Shown here: one piece after another, positions 13,089-25,769 of the stretch
Numbering within the stretch: the first letter of the stretch is position 1
Layout: the number at the start of each line of letters is the position of its first letter
Source of the DNA: Lama glama
Taxonomy: Eukaryota
DNA length: 64,000 bases
Direction: 5' to 3'
Assembly: GCA_028534125.1 (NCBI GenBank)
Contig: CM052817.1
Location: 91,204,001 to 91,268,000, forward strand
Made by a program: the position numbers and the translations under genes
The notes under the pieces: model-generated
What the model was told of the DNA's origin: nothing
The model's database searches: none
The model's input: only the letters and a program-made list of their open reading frames with translations

Positions 13089-13441
13089 CCAGGATCAGAC
13101 AGTAACTAGACTCTCTGTTTCTGAACCCATGTCTGCTCTCTGATAAATCTTACTGATTGATTTTGAAACTGGCTTACGTCTCATCCAGTATAAATGAATT
13201 CTGACCAACCAAGTGGAGTCCATTCTAACTTAATTCAGCTTCACCGAGTGATTTACAAAGCCAAAAATGAAGTAGGTGATGTGTCAGAGGCTTCTGCTAA
13301 GCTCAAGAAAGCAGATCTGACCTCAGAGCAAGTCACAGCAGCCCACATTTGGGCCTCCTCGTGCCTTCTACACTTTCATGGTAAAGGGAACCAAACGTCA
13401 ATCAGTCTCTCTCTCTCTGTCTTTCTCTCTCTCAACATTTG

Positions 13442-13579
13442 TTTATATTGTTTGTTTTATGAGGGGGAGGTAATTAGGTTTATTCATTTACTTCTGTTTG
13501 GAGGAGGTACTGGGGATTGAATCCAGGACCTCTTGCATGCTGAGCATGCGCTCTACCACTTGAGCTATACCCTACCCCC
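13442..13579 (-). mobile_element. tRNA-derived SINE (Vic-1-like) with TSD
   Basis: Full head; TSD ...tcaacatttg on both sides. Confidence 0.9.
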
Positions 13580-15199
13580 TCTCTTCAACATTTGGGTAAA
13601 TTAGAAGTATCCTGTATGGAAGCAGGAGATTTCAGCCCAGTCAAGGCTCATCTGCTAGAACTCTCTTCCCTGTTCACTGAGACAAGGATTCCTTAAGGAG
13701 GAATCTCAGTATCTCAAAACTGCTGACAGTTGGAGCAAAAGTGGGGGCCCAGCACCTTAGAGATGCATGTAAAATTAGAAATATCAAGATGTTTGGGGGG
13801 TTGCTTAGCCTTTTAAACAAGAACACCTGAGAAATAAATGACTGTCAAAAATGAAAGAAGAAAGCAACACTTTGGAGACTTAAGGTCACAGTGACATCAT
13901 TTGAAATAAAACAATTTTTTAAAAATGCAGCCACAAGTGAGATAAGAGTTTTGAAACACCTTGTAGTTTCAGATTCCAGAATACCTCCTCCCCTAGGAGC
14001 CAGCCTCACAGTAACCAACATCACGTACAGTACTAAAAATGCTGACTTGACCAAAACCAGATAATTGACCTATGATCGATACCAAAAGCCATCAGTGTGT
14101 AGTTGAGCAATAGCAAATGATTGACCTGTCCTGAAGACTTGACAACGGACAGAGCGAGATTTATACCTCAGTATTGTTCTAACAATATTTCAACATCTCT
14201 GCCAGCCCTGTGGGATTATAAATAGATTCCGCTAAGAGTAAGAAATTAACTCCCAGAATCCTGTATGTATGGGAAATAAGGGGCCAGGAGAGCAGAAGTA
14301 CTGAGACAGAGGTGTTATAAAGCTTGAGTTAGGAAAGAGATTAATGGCAGAGTGCTACAGAACAAAACACTTCAAGGAACACAAGATGATAACCTGTCTC
14401 CCTATTATTGGGAGCTTGTAACCTACAAAGAAACATAAGAAATAACAAAAAACTCGACGTTGGAAACAGTGAACTACCTGCCTTAAGAAAGTAAGGATTT
14501 CACTCTTGTACAGAAGTATTGTATAAACTGGCTTGCTAAGAATCAGGAAAGTGTTCAGTTCATTAGGAAGAGACAGATATCCTCCTACTCTTGTTTCTGA
14601 ACTCTCTTCTAATTCTGATTAACCAGGTGTCTTCTGGAGAAATAATTCAAAATGTCTCTTTTGAATTATTCTCAGAAAAGAATCTTCCCGGGGAATTTGT
14701 AAGCATGGGGTTTCTGCAACTCCCTTGATTCTAGATATCATTTGGTTCAATCTCCTGATGCCACGTTCTAGCTCCATTTTACCTCCCCACCCCCTGCAGC
14801 TTAGCATTTGATCAGCTGGACACCCCCAGTGGGCTCTTCCTTAGCCAGGCACTTTTCCTTGTCCCTAGTCCCGATTCTTCCCTTTTCCTCCTGGCTGGCT
14901 ACCTCCAGATTGATGGAGGTTATTACAGCGCACCAAAGGGTACTTAATTCAAGGATATGCAGTACATTGTGAGGCCAGCCTCAGACAGGCCCATGGCAAG
15001 ATCATTGCATTGCTTCAATTTCCCTGCCCATCTTTCCTGGTCTGCCCATGACAAAAAAAAATATTGAAAAGAGGAAGAAAGGACAGAAGAAAAGGAGGAA
15101 GGGAGGATGAATTCAATGTCTGGTGTTTGAAAGTTCACAATAGCCCATCATACTCAAGAACAGACTTAAACCAACTAGCAAGGCCTTAAAAGGTTTTCT

Positions 15200-15845
15200 T
15201 TTTAAAACTAAAAATAGACTTATCATGTGATCCAGCAATCCCACTCCTGGGCATATATCCAAAGAAATCTCTAATTCGAAAAGATACATGCACCCCAGTG
15301 TTCACAGCAACACTATATACAATAGTCAAGACATAGAAGCAACCTAAACGTCCATTGACAGATGACTGGATAAAGAAGCTGTGGTATATTTATGCAATAG
15401 AATACTACTCAGCCATAAGAAAGAATGAAATAATGCCATTTGCAGCAACATGGATGGACCTAGAGATTATCATACTAAGTGAAGTAAATCAGACAAAGAC
15501 AAATATCATATGATATCACTTACATATGGAATCTAAAAAATAATACAAATAAACTTATTTACAAAACAGAAACAGACTCACAGATACAGAAAACAAACTA
15601 ACGGTTCCCAAAGGGGAAAGGGAGGGTGGGATAAATTAGGAGTTTGGGCTTAGCAGATACAAACTACCATATAGAAAATAAATGAACAACAGGTCCTACT
15701 GTATAGCACAGGAAACTATATTCAATATCTTGTAATAGCCCATAATGAAAAAGAATATATAACTGACTCACTATGCTGTACACCAAAAACTAACACAACA
15801 TTGTTAAATCAAATGTATTTCAAATAAAAAACAAATAAATAAAAA
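15200..15845 (+). mobile_element. L1 3' end
   Basis: tgatccagcaatcccactcctgggcatatatcc...A-rich tail. Confidence 0.9.
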
Positions 15846-16379
15846 TGTTTCCCTTTTTAATATTTAATTTCCAATAAGAAAAACCTTGCATTTAATTGAG
15901 TTCTGCTTGTATTCAAATTTCCCTGTCAGCAGTCAGAGTTTAAAGGTGCAGTAGGCAGCTTTTCCAAGGTAAGAAATAGCAAATTATGTTAATTGATATT
16001 TAAATAAAATAAATATTTGATCAATGGGAAAACAACGCCCCTGCTTATGATGGAAGCAATTTTGTTTTTTTAGCCTGGTGGGTAATAAGTTCTAAATAAT
16101 TTTAAACACTCTGATTGCATCCTAATGTCTGCTTACCAAGAAAAAAACAGTAGCAACAATCTCTGCACTATATAAACTACATTTCTCTCTTCTAGTAATT
16201 AATCTTTTACACTACAAATATGCATTTGCTGTGTTAAAAAAAATTCTAATACAGGTCTAGAGAGTTAAGAGTCAAAAATCTCTATTCATATCTCCTTAAG
16301 CCCCACGGGGTGGGACTCACCCCATCAGACTTCCTGAGATGGGAGCTGGAAATCATCTGCAGTGTGCTCTTCTAGACTT

Positions 16380-17640
16380 TTTTTTCTATGTATGTGTCTA
16401 TTTGCATGTATAGGTGTTGTGAATTTTCTTTGTTTACACATATTGGATTGTACTATACATGTTGTTCTGAAACTTGCTTAACACTGAGTCAGAAGCATCT
16501 TCCATGTCAATACAGCTAGAGCTATGTCCCTCTGTTTAGCAGATGTAGTTACACTGTACTATAAAGTATTTGACTATTTCCCAACTAGGCTATTTTCAGT
16601 TTTTGTTAAATGCAAACAATGCTGTGTGCAATATCCATGTACACTCTGCATATGTTGCTGAATCAGAGTGTGAGAGCGTTACTGTTTTGAGAGATATTGC
16701 CAAATTGCTCTTCATAAAAGATTATAACAATGAACACTCCCACCAGTTATATATGAGAGTATATTTTTATTTATTTTGGGGGGAACTGAGGGGATGAAAA
16801 TAACATATGGTTGTTTTTATTTGTATTTCCCAGACTGGGGAGGTTAAACAACTTGTCATGTGCTTCTTGGCCATTTATATTTCTTTATCTAGAAATCGCC
16901 TTGCGTTTGCTCATTTTTCCTTTGGTTTACTTTTTCTTGTGATTCAAAGGAGCTCTTTATATATCGTGGTTCTCATATGGTTCTGGAAAACATTTCCTCA
17001 ATCTCTGCTGCTTGACATTTAGCTTTGTTCTTCACCCCCAAGATTATTTTAAAAAACAAAAACCTCCTATACTTTCTGTTAGTACATTTATGGGAAATTT
17101 TTAATTTTATATTTATTTATTTTTAATTTGGGGGTAATTAGGTTTATTTATTTTTATTTATTTTTTAACAGAGATACTGGGGATTGAACTCAGGACCTCG
17201 TGCATGCTAAGCACACACTCTACCACTGACCTATACCCTCCCTGGGAAATTTTTTTTATATGTGGATCTTTAATACATTTGGAATATGCTTCTGTGTGTG
17301 GTTGGAAACAAAAATCAAAAATAATATGGTGCTGGTGGAATTCCTATCCTGTTCCCATCTTTAATGTGATCTCCTAATGTCTCATTATTATGATATTTGC
17401 AGTGGTTTCTGCCTTTATCAAAGCTTAACAATTTCTTTTAAAATAACAAATGCATGTTGAATTCTACCAAGTGTCTTTACAGCATCTAATGAGATCATTG
17501 TTTGATTATTCTCCTTCAGTTTATTAATGTGAATTGCATTACTGGATTTCCTAATGTTGAGATTTCATTATTTTCCTGGGAGTTCTAGTTCTCAATTTTT
17601 CAATGTCTCATATTTTATCCCATATTATTTTTAAAGATTT
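16380..17640 (-). mobile_element. Old, fragmented L1 (L1ME-like)
   Basis: gatattgccaaattgctcttc, tgcttcttggccatttatatttct and similar antisense ORF2 remnants. Confidence 0.6.
17101..17242 (-). mobile_element. tRNA-derived SINE (Vic-1-like) with TSD
   Basis: TSD tgggaaatttt at 17091 and 17243. Confidence 0.9.
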
Positions 17641-17744
17641 GAAAATGAAAATCTAAGTATTCTGCTTTTTCAATGTCCAAAGCCATGTTAGTTACACAGA
17701 AGAATATCTTTTTATTTTGTTTCTTTCTAAAAAAAATAAGTACT

Positions 17745-18150
17745 TGGGATTGGCAGATACAAACTACTATGTACAGAATAGATAAACAAGGTCCTACTGT
17801 ATAGCACAGGTAACTATATTCAATATCTTATAATAACCTATAATGAAAAAGAATATATATATAACTGAATATATTATATTATATATTATATTGAATACAT
17901 TACATTATATATTATATTATATATATTATATTGTATATAATAGATTCAGTTATACATTAAAAGAGTGTGTGTGTATATATATATAACTGGATATAATATA
18001 TATAATGGACTGGATATAATATATATAATTGAATTATAGTCAGTTTACAATGCTGTGTCAATTTCTGATATATAGCACATTTCTTCAGTCATACATGAAA
18101 ATACATATATTCATTTTCATATTCTTTTTCACCATAAGATACTATAAGAT
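17745..18150. mobile_element. Two short L1 3'-end fragments (+ then -) joined by a TA-rich low-complexity tract
   Basis: gattggcagatacaaactact... (+) and gaattatagtcagtttacaatgctgtgtcaatttctg (-). Confidence 0.75.
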
Positions 18151-18829
18151 GTCAAAATTCTTTTTAAATAAAGTTGATGATGATGACAGTGTTAAAGAAC
18201 AATGAGAACTAGCAGAAGCATTACCCAAGAAGCATTACACAAATCACCGTGCTACCATATGTGTACATAAGGTCATTTAAAACACCTTTGTTCTTACTAG
18301 TGACGTAGGAATTATTTCAAAATATCCTCAATGACCTCTCAACCTGAACTTAGTTCTTGTTTTCACTTATTAGAATAGCATAAGAGTTTCTTTTCTGCAG
18401 AGTATTCAAATAACATTAACTAGTCTGTTTCAACCCGTTAATAATTGATGATGAAATTTCCTGTGTTTACTGAAAACACATCCTAATAATTTGTATTAAT
18501 ATGTAATTTATGAATCAAATATAATTTTTTCAGATCCAATTAGTTGTGAAATTTTTTGGTAGCTTTTCAATAAGTATAAATCAAAAAGGAATGATTTCTT
18601 ATAAAGGCTTTTTCTATAAGCCAATTGGAAATTAAATGAATAATAACAGTTATTTAAAAAAAAAAAAGAACAGTAGAACGATATTGAAGAAAATGAAATA
18701 AGAAAATTACATGTTTTAAAATAATTTCATTTTCTAGCTACACCACTAACTTCCTAGTTTTTATTAAGTATTTGTTAGAATAGCAGAGAAATAAAATGGA
18801 AGAATCCTCATCTTTTAAAACCAGTATAT

Positions 18830-18910
18830 GGGGGGAGGGTGTAGCTTAGTGGTAGAGAGTCCTAGGTTCAATCCCCAGTACTTCCATTTAAAAAATAATA
18901 ATAAATAAAA
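18830..18910 (+). mobile_element. tRNA-SINE with internal deletion and TSD
   Basis: TSD taaaaccagtata at 18816 and 18911. Confidence 0.9.
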
Positions 18911-20412
18911 TAAAACCAGTATACACAGAATACACACTGCTTTTTCAAAAGCAAATATTAATGATGACAAATGATATGTGATACTGAGCTATGCATTATT
19001 TGAGGAAACAGAATTTGTTGAACAGAATTGTGGAAAAAATAATTAGAGAATTATTACTACTATTATATAGAGGAGACTTGCAATCATTTTGGAATTTTTA
19101 CTGAATGTATACTTTCCAGAACTTGTTTTGTTTTGTTTGTAGAACTTTTTAAATGAGGATAATCTTATCTAGAAAAGTAAGAATATTTGCTTACAATACA
19201 AAATCAGGTTTCAGCTGAAAATAAAGCCTATTTTAAAACAACATCAACAACAGCAAAAGCAAAATTCCAAATACATCTTCAGCAATTCCTAATAAAAGGA
19301 TGGGTGGGTTTTTTTTTTTCCTGGTGTTTTCTTTCTCTAAAAGGGAAGACAGTCAAAGAGACTTGGATACTTAAATGAACTATTTGTGGGTTACAAAGGA
19401 ATCATAATTAGAGACAACAATAAAAAGAGTAAAGATTTCTCTTTTCTATTTCTCTTTTCAAATTGTCTTTTCTCCATAATTATCTTTTTCAATTGGAAAG
19501 TGATTGGTAGAGATGAATGGTAGAAGAAAATTCAAATTGTCAGATTCCCTTAGTTTCAAATGATTACCTGTTTTTAAAATAGGAGCTTTTTTTGTTCTGA
19601 ATTGGTTCTTTAAAAACTAGGAAAAGTACATGCCCATTGAAAAAATAATTAATACAAATGTACACGTAATAAAACATGAACATCCTCTTCACACCCTCAT
19701 TCATTTTTTATTCTCACTTCTCAGGGCTTACTCTGCTTAACAGTCTTGGTATGCATCCTTCCAGAGCTTTCTCAGAGCAGAAGCACAAATACAGCTTTTC
19801 GTATGAATGTAAACATATGCTCATTTTACATCATTGGTCTTCCGCTTTATTTTTTTAATATGCCAAGTTCACTCAGCTGGAAAGACCTAGGACTGAGACA
19901 TGACTCCTGGTCTGTCTGGCTCTGGAACTTACTTTATTTCCTATGCACAATCCCCGAGAAACACAGCACCAATTTAGGAAGACTGGTCTGGCAGTATTGT
20001 ATTGTTATATGACATTGAATTGTTGAATCAATCAAGACATTCTAGGTTAGAGTCTTATAAATATCCAACAACCCAGGAACTAAATCATGGTACATCAACT
20101 AAATCATATATCAATTGTGAAAATTACAAAAACTATGTTGTGACATGGAAACGTGATTGTGGTGAAATCTTAAATGAAAAGAAATGGTATCTTCTGGTAA
20201 TTTTTAGCAAAACAAGAGAATTTTGCACCAAACTTAAATTGACAACTTCACCTCCTGTAACGAAACCACCAGCTAATTTTAATGGGAGTTTCTTCCTTTA
20301 CAAAAAAGCATTAAGTCCTATCTCCCTAGACAGAGATAATAAAAGCCTTCTAGAAACTCTAAAGTCACTAGACAACTACTAGATTATTATTTTCCTACAG
20401 GTGATGGAAAAT

Positions 20413-20861
20413 TGTTATGGGTTGAACTGTGTCCTCCCAAAAGATATGGACACCATAACCCTGGGTATCTGGGAAAGTGACCTTAATTTGAAATGATCTT
20501 TGCAGATGAAATCAAGTTAAGATGAAGTAATTAGAATGAGCCCTAATCCAACATGACTGGTGTCCTTATAAAAAGAGGGAAATTTGGACACAGAGACATG
20601 CAGAGAGAATATCACACAGAGACACGCAGGGAAGACTATGGTGAGTTGGCGTTACGCTGCCACAAGCCAAGGAATGTCTGAGGTTCACAGAGGCTACAAG
20701 CGGCAGGGGGGATTCTCCCCTAGAGGCTTCAGAGGGAGCATGGCCCTGACAACACCTTGATTTTAGGCTTCTGCCCTTTAGAATAGTGAGATTATATTTC
20801 TGTCATTTTAAGCTACCCAATTTGTGGTACTGTGTTACAGCAGTCCTAGGAAACTGATACA
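20413..20861 (+). mobile_element. Full-length MLT1 (MaLR) solo LTR
   Basis: TGTTATGGGTTGAACTGTGTCC...GGAAACTGATACA with a perfect 5-bp TSD AAAAT. Confidence 0.92.
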
Positions 20862-21631
20862 AAAATCATCACAGAATTTTTAAAGAGGGGAGCAGGTGAC
20901 TAGCATTTATTGAAAATCTATGATGCTGTTCTGGGCTCCATGCTGGATGCTTCTTTTAATTTAATTCCAACAACTGTGGGAAGAAGGCATTTGACAAATG
21001 AGTAAGTTGACACTCAGAAGGTAAGCAATAGCTGACGTTCCCTTAGCTGGAAAGGGCTGAGGCTAAGGTTCTGCTTCCAAAGCCCACAATGTTTCCAATA
21101 CACCATTGCCAGGGACACATCTTGGCCTGAGAAGACTGATTCAGCAGAATTTCATGCACTGATGTTAAGCATCAGTAACCATGCAAACTTTACCCAGGTC
21201 AACCAGACCTTCATGGGCCCCCTGGAAGATATGTCAACATCTCCTGACTGCCAAATATTGTTGCTAATTGCACTAACACTTCACACTTCGCCAAGTAGTA
21301 ATCAAACCCTGTGTTTTTAACCAAAAATTAACTATAATGCTGAAACTGTGAATAAACAATCCTATCTATTTACTATTAGAACTTCATATGAAATGGAAGA
21401 AGTAAAACATGTAGTAGGGTGAATGATTCTTTCTCCAGCAACTACCAATCACAGATAATATCCTAAACTTAATTTTTGATTTTAAAAGTTTTGCTTGAAT
21501 CATCACATTCTCCCAAGGCTTCAAGGACTGCTAGCTGGTAAATGATAAAGCTGGCGGCCAGGATATGAAAGCCCAACACGCTGTTAGTTTTTAAAATCAA
21601 TATGGTGTGTAGTTAAGAATTCAGACTTTAG

Positions 21632-21727
21632 AAGGGAGGGTAGAGCACATGCTCAGTATGATAGAGGTCTTGGGTTCCATTCCCAGTACCTCCATTAAAA
21701 ATATAATAATAACAAAGTAAAAAAATA
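21632..21727 (+). mobile_element. tRNA-SINE with TSD
   Basis: TSD aagaattcagact at 21615 and 21728. Confidence 0.85.
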
Positions 21728-24445
21728 AAGAATTCAGACTCTGGAACCAGGATGGCTGGGTTCTAATGTGCACAAAGAAACACGCTGGATTTCAGGCCCC
21801 ACTCACCCGTTTGGTTGACATCCTTGTGCAGGGCACAACCTGTATAACCACACAAGGCAACCCTGCAGGTAAGTTTCAACCTCCCCTGACGACAAGTGAT
21901 GATGTTCTCCATGTCACATTAACCACCCAAAACATACCAGTAAAAAGGAAATAAAACAATCTGTGCGTTCAAAACCATCTGGTATATTTGATACTCATGA
22001 TATTACTCATGAAATCATGCACTCCCCCTCCCCACAAAAAAAGGAAAGCAGAAATTATAGGTATTGCTTAATCACCATAGTTTTTCTCAAGTGGAACCAA
22101 TCTGGGAGAAAAGAAAGGATTGCAGGGGGACAGTGTTGGGATTTAGTCAGATTAGCCCCTCGCACATTCATTTGATTCCGCTTATCAAGCAGTAGTCGGA
22201 ACATGCCACCCTGGATCTGATTCAGGATGTGTGTCTCCGGAAGGACTAATTAGCAGCTCATAGAGAAGAGGGTGTCTCCAGTGCCCCATTAATTACAGCG
22301 CTCCTGGTAACTAAGGCAGGCCCACATGAATGCCTCCTGCCCAGAAAGGTCACATCCTGGTGTCGCCAGTCAGATCTGTGCAAGATCTTATTGCTGATCA
22401 TTATTTCCCTGATAATCACTCCCCAGAGGTCGCTCTGGCTACAACCTAGAATATTTGAGCACAGGAATTTGCAAGATTTATGGAAAACAATTTTTCAGAA
22501 ATGAGCTCTCCATTTTCATAGGACAAATTCCTCTTTCTCTGGTAAGTGCTGGAGCATACAGAGCAGGTAAATGTTCTAATGGACAGCATAAAAGTAACAT
22601 TTTTCTTCTAAAGTTGATGATTTGCACTTAAAGCCTCCAATCCCATTTTTTTTACTATAGCAAGTGTTCAGCACAAATTAAAGGGAGGGGGAAAACTCCA
22701 ATTTTTCAACCTGGCTCTCGCCACAGCTCTGTAATGAGCGCATCATTTCACAGACTCATATCACCCCCCTCTGGTGCTCCCATTCTCAGGGAGGAAACTG
22801 TTATTGAATTTCTCTACCCCCGGTTTAGTTTCCTGCCTGTCTCTGGTGTTACATACATTGAACTCATTTTTTTCTGAGATTTAACACAATACAATAAAAA
22901 TGGCCAAAGGCAGTCTTTCTCATCCCTGAGAGGAAAGATTAATGGTAGAAACAATCACCTAATGGAAAGTTAAGAAGAAAAAATCAGTGCAAGTACACGT
23001 TACCTGTGTGAATGTGCACAGCACCTGGTGGCTCTTTATAATCAGAACAATTGCAAACATTATTGAATTTTTTTCTTTTATGACATGAAAGGACAATAAC
23101 AGGGTCTTGGAATCAGCCATCAAACCATCTGAAGTTAGAATAACAGCTGTCCAACTCATTCATTTGTTCAGCCACATCCATCGATTAAGAACTCACCATG
23201 TTTTCCACACTATTTTTTATCTCCGACTGTAACCAACAATATTCCTCTTACACACGCATTAGATAGCCTTGCTCTCGTCTCCTTTAATGCCTTCTCTATA
23301 TCTCTAGCAATTCACTCATCACTTTACACTGCAATGACCTGACAATGTTTGTCTTCTGAGCTGCCAGTGGACTGGGGGTGGTTGGTGGGGGTGATGACAC
23401 ATCCTTTTCTCCTTTGAATACTCAGCACCCAGACCAGGTGCTAAGTAATGAATGACAATGTGTCTTCAATAAAATAATGACACCTCACATGAGAGCAAAA
23501 TAAACTCTGTTCTCCTAAGGCCTATTCTGAGAGTCAAAGGGAAAGACTGGACTTTGATGAGGAATTATGAAGTGCATGGAACAAGCCCTTCCTCTAAAAG
23601 TGAAATTACAGAGGGCTGTTGAAAAGCTGCTCTTAGATAGTTGTCAGCACTGGAAGGAATTGGAGACATCAGACCAACTCCACTCCTTTCTCGGCTCTCT
23701 TTCTACGTGTAGAAAAATGGAAGTTATAAAACACACTTAAAACCACTGCAACTTGTTGGTAACTGAGGCATAAATAGAGTCCAGGTTATTGGATGCCCCC
23801 AGGCCACATGCCCTGGAAGGCCATGCGCACAACTTGACCAGCTGTGCAAGACAGACCCTTGGACCACTAACCTCTGCTTTCACAAATGCAACTCTGCATT
23901 TTAAAATGCAAATCAGAAAAGAAACATCCTGTGTGTCTTATTCTGTTTCCCCTCCATGATTTGTAATGTATTTGACTTGTTCACATCTGCTTCAGGAGCT
24001 TTGCAAACCTGCCCCCCGACCAAATATCACATCCTCAGGGAAGCCTTTCCTTATTATTCTCTCACCCCCAGGCTGGATCAGATGCACCTTTTATACACCA
24101 GCGGGGTCCCCTGTACTTCATGGGAGTCATCACAGCTTGAAGTTACATATCTGTGTGATTGCTTAATTAACATCTGTGAGACTGGCTCCTCTATTAGATT
24201 AAAAGGTCATAAATTATGTCTGTAGAGATAAGAAGCCTTCTAAAAGCACATCCCAACCCATTTTTCCTCCACAGTACCAACCTGGGAGTAGAAATAGGAT
24301 CAGAGTGATAGTATTAAATTCATTCCTTTGAATCTGCCCCACTTCCTGGTGTAGGCCCTTCAAACTCAACTCAAGACCACTAATCCTCCAGGGTTCAGGA
24401 GTTCAAGGGTGTGTCTCCCATGTGCTCACACTTGAGATCTCTCAG

Positions 24446-25033
24446 TAATACAGGAAAATGGGGCGTGAGAGGATGGCCATGTCCCAGGTCACAGGCAAGT
24501 CCCTAGGATGCACCCCATCAAGAGAGGGTCCTTGGCTTCGCGCAGGAAAGAATTCAAGAGCGAGCCATAGTAGAGTGAAAATAGATTCATTCAGGGAGAT
24601 ACACACTTCATAGACAGAGTGCGGGCTATCTCAGAAGGCAAGAGAGAGCAACAGGGGGGCCTAGGAGACACACATTCTACAGGCAGAAGGCGGGCATCTT
24701 ACGCAGAAGGGAGAGCGGCCACGAAGTGCAGGGCTGTTCGTTTTTATGGGCTGGGTAATTTCATATGCTAACAAGTGGAAGGATTATTCCAACTACTCTG
24801 GAGAAGGGGCTGGGATTCCTAGGAAATGGGCCATCACTCACTTTTTGACCTTTTAGGGTCAGCCTTGAAATTGTCCTGGCACCTGTGGGAGTATCATGTA
24901 GCAGCTGTTGTATTTCAATAAGTGTGTAATGAAGCTCAAGTCCTACTGGGAGTTGAGTCTTCCACCATATTGGTGCTAATTGCTGTGTTATTTTTTTTTA
25001 ATGGTTTGCCCTGCTCCCTTACCTCTTGTCTCA
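24446..25033 (-). mobile_element. MER41-like ERV1 solo LTR (copy 1)
   Basis: Reverse-complement homolog of 28966-29545; begins TGAGACA on the minus strand; near-TSD tcag/tgag. Confidence 0.8.
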
Positions 25034-25769
25034 TGAGGCTGTCCTGAGACACATGCTGTCCTTGGACTGTCTCTGTGTGGGGTGCTGGCTCCCTGCAGCT
25101 ATGTGCTGCTGAGACCTCTACGTGCCTCAAACCCATCTTAGTTGTTGTCCATGATACACAGGTCCCAGTCACAGAGATTTTCATCAACCCATAGTTTCTA
25201 TGTTTACTCCCAGCCCCTGCTCCCTAGGACTCAAGACCAGAGTCCCTCAAGGTTGGGGGAAAAAAAAAAAAAAAGATACCCATCTCTCCCATCTGGTCTG
25301 GAAGCAAAAGCTTAGATCACACTTACATATTCCTTGACGCCCTTCAACCTTCAAATGAATTCTTTGCCAGAAGCCTCCTTGGTGATATTAATAGACCCCT
25401 GTATGGTCTACCGAAGGGGCCCTCCAGTTACCTGAGGCCTGTGTGCATTTTAAGTGAACAGAACTAAATCTGAAGCTTGGATCCTCACTAAATTCAGAGA
25501 AAGTGGCAGAATGTCAGTGCCTGTGAGAGGAGAGGAGCAGCAAGTGGAGCCTTCATCCTGGCTCAGAGCAGAGAAGCTCCACGTGCACCCATTCATCTAA
25601 CAGCTACAACAGAGAGCAAGGATTTCCAGACAGAGCCCATGCATGGGCACTGAGAATTCCAGCCAAAGACACTTCATGACTTGCAAATCTTGACAGAGTC
25701 GTGAAGAATATGGCCCTGTGACTTCAGGGGCAGGCAAGGATGGAGGGAAAGCTATCAGCTGAGGACTCT

